Assembly (NCBI GenBank): GCA_964270895.1
Contig: OZ185441.1
Source: Podarcis filfolensis
Lineage: Eukaryota
Strand: one strand, 5' to 3'
Length of the DNA: 64,000 bases
The translations under genes were made by a program, and so were the position numbers. Shown here piece after piece: positions 13,199-25,536 of this stretch (the first letter of the stretch is position 1; every line of letters begins with the position of its first letter). Below the pieces are notes generated by a model that saw only the letters and a program-made list of their open reading frames with translations, was not told the origin of the DNA and did no database searches.

Positions 13199-14459
13199 GT
13201 TTGTGTATCTAAAATTTACATTTGTTCTCAAGCTGTAGTCCCCCCCCCTTTCCTGCAATAAAAATGGTTTCAGGAGGGTTGAACAAATGCTTTCACTGAA
13301 ATGTATGTGGCATTTTCACAAATAAACCCCAATTTCATTCTTTATAGTATGTAATTAAAGTGTTGTTTCTGACTATATCTCATATATTCTGCAGCTAGTC
13401 AGTGAACCATGGAAACACTCATAATAGTAGAATGTCTATAATACAATAAAATGAAACCACTCCATGAATATCAACTACTTTGCATTTTCATAACTATTTC
13501 TGAATACTGTGTATAAGGAAATTGAACATTTCACAGACAAGCATATATTTTTCCAAAGCAAAACACATGCCTTGTGATTCTAAAACCTTTTCCAGATCAA
13601 CCTTCCCTCATCAATTTCTGAAAGATATAATTACACGTCCCAATTGCGCAACTCAGGAGACTGCAAGTACAAAATGGCAACAAGATATTTAAAATGAGAA
13701 CTCCCTATTCCCATAAATAGATATATTATTACCCAGAAGGGTAGCGATGTCAGAGTTATACATCATGTGCTGTAGGTTTGCAATGCAGTATGGATACAAG
13801 TTTTAGAGTTTTGCTTGTCTTTTACAATTCTACTCTATAATACACAATGAAAGTGAGTCCACAATAATAAAATAGAATACCAGAACTTGTCCCATCATAA
13901 TTCATGGCTGGCTTATATTTGGCAGAATCAAGGGGTAAAGCTATTCTCAGACTGTACCATGTGAAACTGCAGGTGGAGGATTCCAGGATAAATACTACTC
14001 CATAAAATTATTCACTGAAAATAGAAAACTAGTATACCAGAGTGCTGATTTCAGTTTAATCCGTGAGAAAGTATTGAAATATGTTTTCCTGCAGCTTAAA
14101 ATGGTATAACCTGAGAACTGGACTCTGCTGAATGTAAAAAAAAATGGGCCCTTAGAAATGTCTTGGCTTCTGACTTTCTCTCGCTCTCTTTTTCAGACAG
14201 TTTCACTACTAACATCTGAAATTAAGAAACTACAGATAAAGCCTTAAACTACCATTATAGAATCTGAAGCTGTACAGATCCTAAGTTCTCTCTGTTAAAA
14301 CTGTCGGGCACTCAAAGCATAGTTTCCCATGCAAACCATCATTTTAAGGATGCTCTGGCAAGTTCCAGCTGAAAAAAAGCCCTGAAGACATGCCCATTGT
14401 GCACAACAGGTACACAAGTATCGAACAAAAATGGTATCTGTGCAGGCAAGGTTTTAGAC

Positions 14460-14588
14460 CAGGCATAGGCAAACTCGAGATGTTTTGGGACTACAACTCC
14501 CATCATCCCTGACCACTGGTCCTGTTAGCTAGGGATGATGGGAGTTGTAGTCCCAAAACATCTGGAGGGCCGAATTTGCCTATGCCTG
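14460..14588. mobile_element. hAT MITE, 129 bp, with an 8-bp TSD and an internal 32-bp perfect inverted repeat
   Basis: TSD TTTTAGAC at 14452-14459 and 14589-14596; TIR caggcataggcaaa; arms at 14479-14510 and 14531-14562 are exact reverse complements. Confidence 0.9.
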
Positions 14589-14709
14589 TTTTAGACAAAG
14601 CCACTGCCATCTTCATGAAAGCAAAGTTATACAAAATAATGAAGAAGCCAATTCTTTATGCCACCCAGTTATGCACTGTAGTTTGAATACCCCTGAAAGC
14701 ATTAAACTA

Positions 14710-14951
14710 CAGTGGTACCTCTAGTTAAGTACTTAATTCGTTCCGGAGGTCTGTTCTTAACCTGAAACTGTTCTTAACCTGAAGCACCACTTTAGCTAAT
14801 GGGACATCCTGCTGCTGCCGCACCGCCGCAGCATGATTTCTGTTCTTATCCTGAAGCAAAGTTCTTAACCTGAAGCAATATTTCTGGGTTAGCGGAGTCT
14901 GTAACCTGAAGGGTATATAACCTGAAGCGTATGTAACCCGAGGTACCACTG
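14710..14951 (+). mobile_element. Tc1/mariner (Tigger/pogo-like) MITE, 242 bp
   Basis: TA TSD; TIR CAGTGGTACCTC / GAGGTACCACTG; internal cctgaag repeats; same family at 29634, 55661 and 58165. Confidence 0.9.
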
Positions 14952-17900
14952 TACAAGTTTTTTTATTTATTCCAAGACATATAACAAAAAACATGTTGAC
15001 AATTAAAAAGTATGATCGATATTGTTAATAGTTTTTTTAATATATATGTATCAGAAAAAAACCTGAAGATTGTTATGTTGCTTAGCCAAAATTATTATTG
15101 TTCTTTTTGTGAGAATACCCTCCTTTTTGGCAATTTTTCAGAGATGTGGAAATGTTTGCTATTCAGGAAACATTGTCCTCACTCTGAACTGGCTTTGCTT
15201 GTTCTCAGTGGTACCATAGCCAAAACTTCTTGGCTTTGTGGCATTGTTACATGCCATTTATCACGATTCTCAAATGGATGGAATTTTCCAGGTTATTACT
15301 CCAGGAATTAGAGCAATTAGAAAGGAAAAATGGCACTGAAACAGCAAAAGATAGGAGAAATGATGGCCATAAAAAGAATGGAAGAATAGTGAACATTTTC
15401 ACAACTAAGTCCCCCCCCCCCAAAAAAAATTTCTCCTCCTGCTCTCCCAAAAGTGCTACTTTTCATCCAGCTATCAAAATGCAGTTCTAATCGTATGAAA
15501 AGGATGCAATCTTGAACAATAAAATGGCTTTTATTTTACAAAGCCAATTCAATTTTTTCTCAAATAAAATTGACTAGTTCAATCTTTCATAGCCACCAGG
15601 GGGAAAACTTGGTGCTCAAGTGTATTCTGTATGACATGGTTCATGACAAGTCACCCCTTTCCTGATAATCAAGGCTTCTGCAGCTGAAAAGTTGCGAAAG
15701 AAGGAGGGATTAGCAGGCTTAGGAGAACTCAAAGGTGTTTAGAAGGAGAGAGACAGAGTGTCTGATCTTTATTTGACCTCCTGATCTGATACTCAACTGA
15801 ATTTGTTTCTGGTACAACTTTACTGTAGATCTAACCTATTATATCATATTTGGCGGAAGCACTTCATTTGTACAAAGTCTGGTCCGAGCTGGAAGATTGT
15901 ACATGACGAAGAATCCAACACCAGTTCCCTTGATAGTTTGTCGTAACAATAAATCAATGATATCACTACTTTATGCTTTATTTCTAATTTGAGATTTTCA
16001 AGGTTTAGCCATTTGTCCTTTTAATGTTTCACTCTGTTAAGATTTAGGAGTGCTCCTATACTTTCCCCCCTATAAGTTACTTACACTTCCTAAGATGTAA
16101 CAACATTTTCTGTTTGATGCGCTAATTTGCGTAATCTACTTTTCCAGGCCTTTTCTCATATCCCTGCAGTTTTTCAAAATCTTTTATAATGGGTCAAAAC
16201 TGGAAAACATATCTATATCTATGTCTATATGAATGAGACTGCCACCTTATGGGGCTTATTTGAAACTGGCTGGGCATGGCAACTGGTCCACAAGCCAATT
16301 TATGTCCAGTGCCTTGCTAAGTAAATCTGTCCCTCCGTATTACTGGGCAAACCAAAGGTGTTAGAAATATGTTCAAAAAGAAATTGTTATGATACTCTAA
16401 GTAATGGTTTCTGTTATCATAGCTGTTGCCATTGCTCATTGATACCATTTTGAAAGCAAAATACATCCAGGTAGAACAGAATCAGTTAATTAACATAGTA
16501 AGTCAACATTAGAAACAGCTAGAAGCAGGGGGTGAAAAAAAAAGTTGTTTCCCACAGGCAAATATTCAGCAACTGTGGGAACAGGATGCTGGGTGGAATC
16601 TACACACATATAAACAACGGTGTGTAAATCCTTTTTTAAAAAATGTTTTGAAAAATACATTGAATTTGGCATAGCTTGCTGTCACCATCTAGTGTCACAT
16701 TTGTATATTGCACTTTACAATACATTTAAAATGTTTTGTTTGCAGCTGTGTAGCGGAGTCCCTGGTCTAGATCAGGCCACTGGCCTGATCCAGCAGGCTC
16801 TTCTTATTTTCTTAGAAAAGATCAGTGGGTGAGGGTGTGTAGAAACTAGCCTATTATACAAACATCCATTTATATCCATGCCTCTGCCCACTGTCAGACA
16901 GTGGGCAACAGTAGGGAAAGCTCAGATGAGTCAATGGCTTCAGATAGTGGCAGGAAGGCATCCCTGGACAGGTAATGGTTGCCAGAGTGGGCCAGGGTGC
17001 CCAAGCACATAAAGCAAAAAAAGGGGTATCAAGGGCTCTCAGGAATCTCATGGATTCAGAGGATCCTTCTGGCATTCACCTATTGAAGTAAGTCAGGGAA
17101 CATATTTTGAATGAGGACTATTTTCACCATGTTGCCCCCAGAGACAGAAAAGGGTAAATGGGATAACAGAAAATCAGATGGCTCAAGGAAAGGTAAAAAA
17201 AAGTTCAGGTGCAACACACCTTTGCAAATTGGTTGTCTGCCTTCTCTATTTATGTGGGGGTAGGCTTATGCAGGCAATGAAAGAGGATCTGAGGGTCTGA
17301 TTAGCCTGCCTGCAGGCATACAATGGGGCCTCTCTCTGGCAGGCCCTGCTGGTCACATGCCAGGACTACCAGGTTCATTCAGATGCCTCAGGTAGCCTGG
17401 GTTTTGGGGTTTACTTCAGGGGTTATTGGTGCTCCAATCCATGGAGGGAGGAGGGAATCACTCTGATCTCACCTTCCTAGAATTATTCTCCATCCTGTAG
17501 ACAATACTGAGCTAAGTGGACCAATCACCTGACAAGGTATAAATCAGTTCTACCTGTCTATATGGTGAAGGATTTCTGTGAAGAACTGTCAAATGACAGT
17601 ACTGTAACTAGTATATTTATAAATCCAAGGTAAGAATAAATAATTTGTTTTAATTCTTTGTCTGAATATACATTTGGATATATTGAGGAATGAATCATAA
17701 CACAGCTGCTGACTCTAGAGGGCCAGAGCCAGTTTGAAGCATTAAGAAGGAAAACATATTGACTTAATCCAACATTCTATCCATCCAAGTGTCACTTCCA
17801 TAATACTGATTTGACATTAGATTGTTGTCATCATTACTTTAAGATTAGATCAAGAGCAGAGTGGAGAACACAAATGACAGCTTTAACAAACAAAACAAAA

Positions 17901-18752
17901 AAGTCTAACTAGAAAACAAAATCAGTACTCATATAAACAATATGGTTAATTTCAAATGATTTTAAAGCACATTTATGTATGTTTTCTTTTCTATCAAAGG
18001 CCTATTCTGATATTTTCCGTATTTTGTTTTCCACCAATGAATGATCCAGAATTGTGAAATCATTTTGGCTAGTCCTATTGGTACCTTCCCTGCCAATTAC
18101 AACCTTTGTATGAATGTGGCTACTCAGGGACTACTACTCTCCCCCCCCCCAGTTCTCCTAATGACATCAGTGAAATCTGCAAAGGTGGAGGGGGTTTACG
18201 TGTGTGAAAGAACCTTAGAATATTTATACTTATTAATTTTTTGAATGCGTTAATAACAAATTTGTTAATTTGGATTTCAACACATTTAACTTTGTTCCTA
18301 ATTAACAAAGAAAAAAAAAGAAAAAAGGATTAAATGCTCCCATAAGGAATATTGCTTTCAGTTGCATGTAGAAGGAATTGCTCCCATCACTTGACCAAAA
18401 TAATAAACAGGTTGCGGGGGTGGGGTGGGGAGACAGCATACTAGACTGCCAGAACAACTTCAGGAATATTCACTACTTCAGCATAATAAGGCATACCAAG
18501 CTAAAACAGACTCTCTTCAAGTACAGTATGAATTATAAATTGCTGCCTGTTTAATCAATTATACTTTAATGCTTTCAAAGTTGTTTGAATATCCAAGGCT
18601 AACAAATGCTAATCTTATACTGGTCTAATAAAATTGGGGTTTCATCTCTCTCTCACACCCACACACAATTTTACACACTCTATAATGATAAAAATAACCA
18701 CAAAGAGCAAATATCTAATGCAATAAAAAAACAACACTGCCTTAATTCAATT

Positions 18753-19123
18753 AAAAGGTAAAAGTAAAGGACCCCTGACAGTTAAGTCCAGCCACAGACA
18801 ACTCTGGGGTTGCAGCGGTTATCTCACTTTACAGGCCGAGGGAGCTGGCGTTTGTCCGCAGACAGTTTTTCCGGGTCATGTGGCCAGCATGACTAAGCCG
18901 CTTCTGGTGAAACCAGAGCAGCGCACGGAAACGCCGTTTACCTTCCTGCCGGAGCGGTACCTATTTATCTACTTGTACTTTTGGCATGCTTTAGAACTGC
19001 TAGGTTGGCAGAAGCTGGGACCGAGCAACGGGAGCTCACCGCGTGGCGGGGATTTGAACCACCGACCTTCTGATCGGCAAGCCCAAGGCTCAGTGGTTTA
19101 GACCACAGCGCCACCTGCGTCCC
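18753..19123 (-). mobile_element. Sauria SINE, full length
   Basis: The reverse complement begins gggacgcaggtggcgctgtggtctaaacc (tRNA-derived head) and ends in an acctttt tail; similar to the copies at 22658 and 46573. Confidence 0.92.
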
Positions 19124-20026
19124 TTTTAATTCCGTTAGCATACATTTTTTTTTTCCAGCAGGAGGCAAAGGTCCAAGTAGCTAAGAGGTTTACATACATT
19201 TAGCATTTCGACCTGCTTTTTTCACAGTACAATTCCCCAACAACTGAGCTGCCAACATATGAGAGCTCAGTGGTGCATCTGCAGAAAGCTCACTTACAGG
19301 ATGCCTGCAGAGGGAATAGCAAGACATGTGCAAGCATCATAGCCAAGACACCAAGTAACTCCCTCATGAGATCTGCAGGAATCATCCAAAAGTGTCTCCT
19401 GCCCTCATTCACTTAGAATGAGAATGCAGTTCTTCAGTATTTCTAATATGCTCCTTTTTAAATGTTGTGTATACTTAAAAAAAATATGAACAGACTGTTT
19501 CTCTGGAGAATATTATGATTTCTCCACATTGTAGATTTATGTAACATACCCTTTTAAAGAACCAGGGACTTAAATTCAAGTCATAGAATATTTTCTTTTT
19601 TTAAAAAAAAGAACAAAACTTTAGCTGAAGTCTTTATTTTCTGCAAGCGCCCATAAAACGAACATTTTAAAATTGAGTTCCTAGAAATATTTCCTTTGTA
19701 AGGCATTGAAATGAAATGCCTGACATCTGTTTCTCATTAAATCCATTAGAGATTGCTTGAAAATAATGTACACAGCAATTATCAGCTAACAATGCTGCAT
19801 AGCTATTAGCATACTAAGATGCTGCCCTATGACCCATGAAAGTGAGGGGTACTTGCATGTACTCATATTTAAGTTGCATTCAGAAGACCATGTGGGCATG
19901 TAATAAATGCTGTAGAATCCTGTGGCTGTTGCTTCCCAGCAAGCTACTAGCCAGACACATGTAGCTGCTGCCAGGTTCATGATCCAACTTTTGTCAAGGC
20001 ACTGCACAAAACTCCTTTTTTGCAGC

Positions 20027-20461
20027 TGTAATGGTTATAGGGGTTGCTCGTGCGTAAGTTGCCGCCACTCCTGGCTAGGTTATCTGGTTGAACCCTTTCT
20101 GCCCGGACAGCCCTTCACTTCGTGGCTGTTTCAGTCGCTGGCAGAATCCGTCAGTGGGCGTTTCTTGAACTTCTTCCAGCAAATAAGTTCTTTGACGCCA
20201 AGTCTCCTCCTACTCTCCCTGCGCGGAAGTCTTCTGCGCAGGGAGGGTGTGGGCAGCAGAGTACCCGTGCTCTCTCCGCTGGTCTCCGGTGAAGAGTCCT
20301 GGAGCCTCCTCTCCGATTCCCCCATCTGCCCCCCTTCTCCACTGGTGTTACGCTGATTTCCTTCCCCAGCAGATGGGCTGCCTCTCTGCCTGCTGGGACC
20401 CTCTCCGGCATTCCTCTGGAGCCTTCCCTCCGCCTCTGGCTCCGATGGCAGTTCCCTGACA
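20027..20461. mobile_element. Solo LTR, 435 bp (Ty3/Gypsy-like)
   Basis: TG...CA termini (tgtaatgg ... ccctgaca) flanked by the 5-bp TSD GCAGC at 20022-20026 and 20462-20466; GC-rich against an AT-rich intron. Confidence 0.85.
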
Positions 20462-21961
20462 GCAGCCATGCACCAAAGGAAGAATTTTGTGTCTGGTGGT
20501 AGAAACATCTGCTCATTTGCCATAGGAACCAATACACAGAGTTGCCATTTTTCTTTTTGACAGTGCTACTGTGCATGTCAACATCCTGCTTGTCTTGCCG
20601 CCTTAAGGGAATAGGTGCTCCCCCCACCCCAAAAGCTGGCAAACCTAACTACATATGTAAATGCTGGTGTGAATAGGCCCTTTAAGTCTTTTTCTTCCAA
20701 TAAGCCAATAAATGTAACTTAGGTCAGTGAGAGCCGCTGAGTAACGTACTCCTGTGTTAGGCAGGAGAGAAAAACTGAGGAAGTCGGAAGTACTTCCCAA
20801 ATATCTTTGGTCTTGCCTGTGTCAGCTGACAAAATATGTCCCACTTCATTGGCTATGGGGTTCCATGAAGTGATCAGGGCGCTTTCTCCAACCCCAATTT
20901 CCTGTGTTCCTCAGTGTGTTTTCACACATATCCAGTATGTTAATAGATTTGTGAATCATACCGTGCTATAATCTTGACTTTCTAAACAGCAACAGCTTTA
21001 ATCAAACTAAGATGTCTTTCTAGTTGGGATTTAAATTCTTCCATAAATAAGCCAGTCTTTTTTAATGGAAAAGCAGAGTCTACAAAAAAAGTGTGTGTGT
21101 GAAGTCAGATGAATACTAAATTTTAAAATTGCTTAAGAAGAAGACATGCTTACAAAACCTGTTCTTTGTCACTGATAAATGTTTCACCAAGACTTCTGAT
21201 CTCCTAAGACAAATGCATCATAAATTTATATGGGCATGCTTTAAAAATACAACAGATAAACTAAAGTTAAATTAGACGGATTTCATGGCTAAAATAGCTT
21301 AATGTGATTCAAAATGTATTATTTAGCCAAGAATAATATTTTAGTTATAAAAAAGCAATAGACTGAAATATCTAATTATCTAAAGATAAACAAATACAAT
21401 TCATGCAATATGTAAAGGGTGCATTTATAATTAATAGTGAACATTGTAATTGCAAGTAAAATCATTTGCATAATTTACAAGTAAATAAATGGATGTTTAA
21501 TGGTCTTATAATAAAATATAAAAGAAGTTATATTGCTTTTGCATCCAATAAAATTAATGCACACTATCCATATGAATGAAAGATGTTGATTTCTGTGTGC
21601 ATTAATAGAATCCGCTTATTTTTAAAATAGAGCTAAAAAGACAGCCATTTAAAAGAAATGTAACATATGAAGAAACTATTATTATATATGATCAAAAATT
21701 CAGTGCTATATTTCAATAACACATATATCAGGCCAGCAGCCACTGCTTTGCAGGTTGCCTATTACTTCATCATATCAATTCTTTACTGTATTGAATTTAT
21801 CGCTCATATATAATTGAAAGCACACTGTCTTCAAACAAAGCTCTTTGTTTCCATACAAGAAGACAAATTGTCCAAAGACCCATACAGCATACAGACGTAC
21901 AGCAGAATCTTGATGAACATAATAATAAAAAAATAGTATCCACCTATATTACTATGAATAA

Positions 21962-22269
21962 AAAAAGGTAAAAGACCCCTGGATGGTTAAGTCCAGTCAA
22001 AGGTGACTATGGGGTTGCTTTCAGGCCAAGGGAGCCGGCGTTTGTCCACAGACAGCTTTCTGGGTCATGTGGTCAGCATGACTAAACTGCTTCTGGTGCA
22101 TCAGGACATCGTGATGGAAACCAGAGCACTGTGGTCTAAACCACTGAGCCTCTTGGGCTTGCCAATCAGAAGGTCAGCGGTTCGAATCCCTGTGATGGAG
22201 TGATCTCTCGGTCACCTCTGACTGGACTTAACCGTCCAGGGTGTCCTTTACCTTTTTTATTTTTATTTT
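21962..22269. mobile_element. Chimeric head-to-head Sauria SINE insertion
   Basis: An inverted SINE 3' part is joined at about 22126-22128 to a forward tRNA head and a forward 3' tail; 13-bp TSD TTACTATGAATAA at 21949-21961 and 22270-22282. Confidence 0.8.
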
Positions 22270-22657
22270 TTACTATGAATAACATGCTAGATTGAGACAT
22301 AACCTGATGACTACATGACTGCTATCCTAGTAAAATTGCTCTTCCTGGTCTGTGTTGACAAGTTCAACCAAAATGCACCCAAAGATAACTATGACTTGTA
22401 AACAATGCAGTGCTAAGTTATGTATCCCGTCAGCACAATGATGTACATTTCTGAAAAGGAACTTTCCTCCCCACCACAAAAATGTGTCCCTGTACCTCCC
22501 GCTGAGCAGATTTGGGGAGGAAACAGAGTACAGAGGGTGGGAGTCCTGCTATGCAATCATAAATCCTTGTGCTGCTGGGAACTGCACTGGAAACAAGCCT
22601 TGCAGTCCAATGCTTTCATGTAGGTTTATGGGAATTACTCTTGAGTATGAGTCCTGC

Positions 22658-23008
22658 GCTGTGGGTTAAACCACAGAGTCTAGGACTTGCTGATCAGAAG
22701 GTCAGCGGTTCGAATCCCCGTGACAGGGTGAGCTCCCGTCGCTCGGTCCCTGCTCCTGCCAACCTAGCAGTTTGAAAGCACATCAAAGTGCAAGTAGATA
22801 AATAGGTACCGCTCCAGCGGGAAGGTAAACGGCGTTTCCGTGTGCTGCTCTGGTTCGCCAGAAGCAGCTTAGTCATGCTGGCCGCATGACCCGGAAGCTG
22901 TCTGCAGACAAACGCCGGCTCCCTCGGCCAGTAAAGCGAGATGAGTGCCGCAACCCCAGAGTCGGTCACGACTGGACCTAATGGCCAGGGGTCCCTTTAC
23001 CTTTACCT
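22658..23008 (+). mobile_element. Sauria SINE, slightly 5'-truncated
   Basis: B-box GTTCGAATCC; ctttacctttacctt tail; 12-bp TSD TATGAGTCCTGC at 22646-22657 and 23009-23020. Confidence 0.93.
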
Positions 23009-23789
23009 TATGAGTCCTGCCACGCTTGGGCATGGAGTGACAGATGAAGAGGAGGAGGGGGGAGAAGAAGAGGAAATGGCTCTGAGACTGAGGAACAGAG
23101 GTCAGAAGAGGCAGGTACTTCTATCTTCCAGTAAATGGCTGTTCTGGATGGGGAAGCAGGGCTCCTCACTCCCTTCCCAACTCAGGGGGACAGAAGAGCA
23201 CCAATGGAATCTGGGGAGGGCCTTAATAAATTGTTCAGGGTGCAGGAACCAGTGTTTGAAGTTATTTTTTGGGCAGGGTAGGGGAGCCTTTCACCCAGGA
23301 TCCAGTGACGTTTTCATCAATTGGAACAGACACATCCTCCCCAACACAATGCAGGTCTGGATGATCACAATTCTCACAACACTCTCACAAGGCACAGGGG
23401 GTTTGTGAGTAAGCCAACCTTTACATTTAAAAGCTTGGGAGGTCGGTGTGCTGACCCACTGGAATGACTTCATTGCTTCTGTCATCCTTGTCCTGATCTT
23501 GGACTCCATAAACTTGGGCTGCTGCTTCTATCTAGCCCAGCTAAGATTGCCTTTCCTTCACCTAGCCTGAAAGTTGCGGCTGCTGTGACATTACTGGTGC
23601 ACACCTTTACTCTGCCTCAGTAAAGATATCTTCTGTACTCTTAAGTTGCTCTAAACAGGAGGTAGGACAATATGGATAGGATTCTTTTCTTGAAAATTAC
23701 TTGAGTCATGTCCCCTGCCTCAAGGTACTATTGTTGCCCTTAAGCAAACCCTGCTCCCCAAATGAGTTCTCACATTAGGATGACCTGGA

Positions 23790-24125
23790 GGCCTGGGCAG
23801 CGGTGGAACAAGCCAATCGGGTGCCTGGGGGTGGCGTGTGTGCCCTGCACCCAGGGGGCAGGGCAGGGTGAGCCAGGTTAGGACGCTCCGTGGGGCCGCT
23901 GAGGAGTCTGCCTGCCTCCTCCCACTCAGCCGCCCTACAGCTGAGGAGGAGGCGGCGGACGGACCATTTGGGGCAGCACAGAGCCTGCAGGCGCCCAAGC
24001 CACCGCGTCACTCTCAGGAGAGACACGTGGCTCGGCCCCACGGTGAGTGTCACCCGGCATTTTGTCACCCCCCTCAGTGGTGACACCCAGGATGGCCTGC
24101 CCCCACTGCAACTGCACCACCCTTC
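23790..24125. mobile_element. GC-rich non-autonomous DNA transposon remnant (hAT-like, uncertain)
   Basis: Abrupt GC-rich block with repeated tgtcacc/ggtgacacc motifs; termini and TSD not resolved. Confidence 0.4.
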
Positions 24126-24129
24126 CTCT

Positions 24130-24470
24130 GCTCCTGGGCCCGGGTATTACAAGAAAGTCCTAGATCAGGCTCAACACTTTATGGAGCTCAGATTCCAAGT
24201 GATGCCCATGGCGGCCTTGGGTGGCCATTACAATAGGGTTCCATATGATGACAGACTCTGCATATGTAGCCAACCACAGGCGGAAAGCATATATTACTTG
24301 CTAATCTGCCCTTTGTATAGGGATACAAGAGATTGATTCCTGAAACCTTTGCTAATTCCTGGAAGCAGGCCATGGCAAAAATGGTTCACTTTCTTTTGAG
24401 GGATGCTAACAGATTTTTTTATACATAAATTGGCACTTTATGCTCTGGCTGCAAGAAAGATAAGAAAGAG
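24130..24470 (+). mobile_element. Degenerate non-LTR retrotransposon ORF2 C-terminus (RTEX/Rex-like Zn-knuckle region)
   Basis: Translates to FMELRFQ...YDDRLCICSQ..ESIYYLLICPLYRDTR, resembling the R-x-C-x-C...E...H-x3-C-P-x-Y...R tail of non-LTR ORF2. Confidence 0.55.
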
Positions 24471-25347
24471 AGATGGGAATTATTGTAGCAAGTTGTGCTG
24501 GTGATCTGGAGGCATAACGGAAGTTAAGCTGAGTATGAGATAATAGATGATACTTATGAACTCTGATGCCCTTTCTTTAAACACTTGATGCCTTGTATTA
24601 TGTAATTATTGTTTGCAGTTTGGCAAATTGTAATAAAGTTTTTATGGCCTTTGTTTAATATAGTAAACCTGTTGATGATCTCAGTAGTTGCAAACACAAT
24701 GCAACTTTTTTGAGTTATCATACTGGGGTAATGGGGCACGCATGTGATTTGAGAACAGGAGCAGGCTACCTATTTGGTGAAAAATAGACTCCCATAGCTG
24801 CATAACCAAGTGGTATCTACAGATTCCACTTGACTATGTTAAATACCAGTGCTAATATTTTGCTTTTCATTTTCTTTTATTGACAGGTGAAACCATTAAA
24901 CAGAGAATTAATTTTTTGGGGATGTCCGTGGAGGAACTAATTAGCATGTAACACACAAACATGGGAAAACAACATAATTCAAATTGCAAAAATCAGTGAC
25001 TATTAAGGTTGATTCACTTTGCTAACTATTAAACCAAAATGTTAATGTTTGTTTGAATAATAATAACTAGTGTTTTTGTTTAAAATGGTGATAGAGATTT
25101 GCATGCAGCCAAACAAAATATAACTGTATTCGTTAATTTTTTTGTTATTATTTATATGGTGTGTGTGTTGCTTTTGGTTTACCATAAATGTTATGTTGGA
25201 CAATACAGTGATGTATAGTATGATCCTTCCCATTTCCCCTTTCCCTAATGGTATTATGTGTACAGGGTTTCCCAAACATGGGTCTCCAACTGTTGGGAGT
25301 GAATTACACTGAATTCATGGTGAGGATTGCACTGTTAGTTACTATTA

Positions 25348-25536
25348 TGGCCGAGGGAGTCGGCGTACAGCTTCCAGGTCATGTGGCCAGCATGACTAAG
25401 CAGCTTCTGCCGAACCAGAGTAGCACACAGAAACGCCGTTTAACTTCCTGCCAGAGCGGTACCTATTTATCTACTTGCACTTTGATGTGCTTTTGAACTG
25501 CTAGGTTGGCAGGATCAGGGACAGAGCAACGGGAGT
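25348..25536 (-). mobile_element. Sauria SINE internal fragment
   Basis: ggtcatgtggccagcatgactaagc...gtacctatttatctacttgcac...ctgctaggttggcagg matches the other copies in reverse orientation. Confidence 0.88.

Noticed and set aside
15591-15606. Second CTCF-like site GCCACCAGGGGGAAAA
   Set aside because: The 3' part of the core (GCGC/GCAG) is mismatched, so it is a weak match.
16885-16907. Near-perfect 23-bp palindrome tgcccactgtc-a-gacagtgggca
   Set aside because: Too short and isolated; a 1-nt loop is not a plausible RNA hairpin and there is no supporting context.
19922-20642. ORFs of 133-163 aa
   Set aside because: They are produced by the GC-rich solo LTR at 20027-20461 and show no protein family signature.
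22941-24336. Several 90-155 aa ORFs
   Set aside because: They are read-through of SINE tails, a GC-rich DNA transposon remnant and a decayed LINE tail, not host genes.
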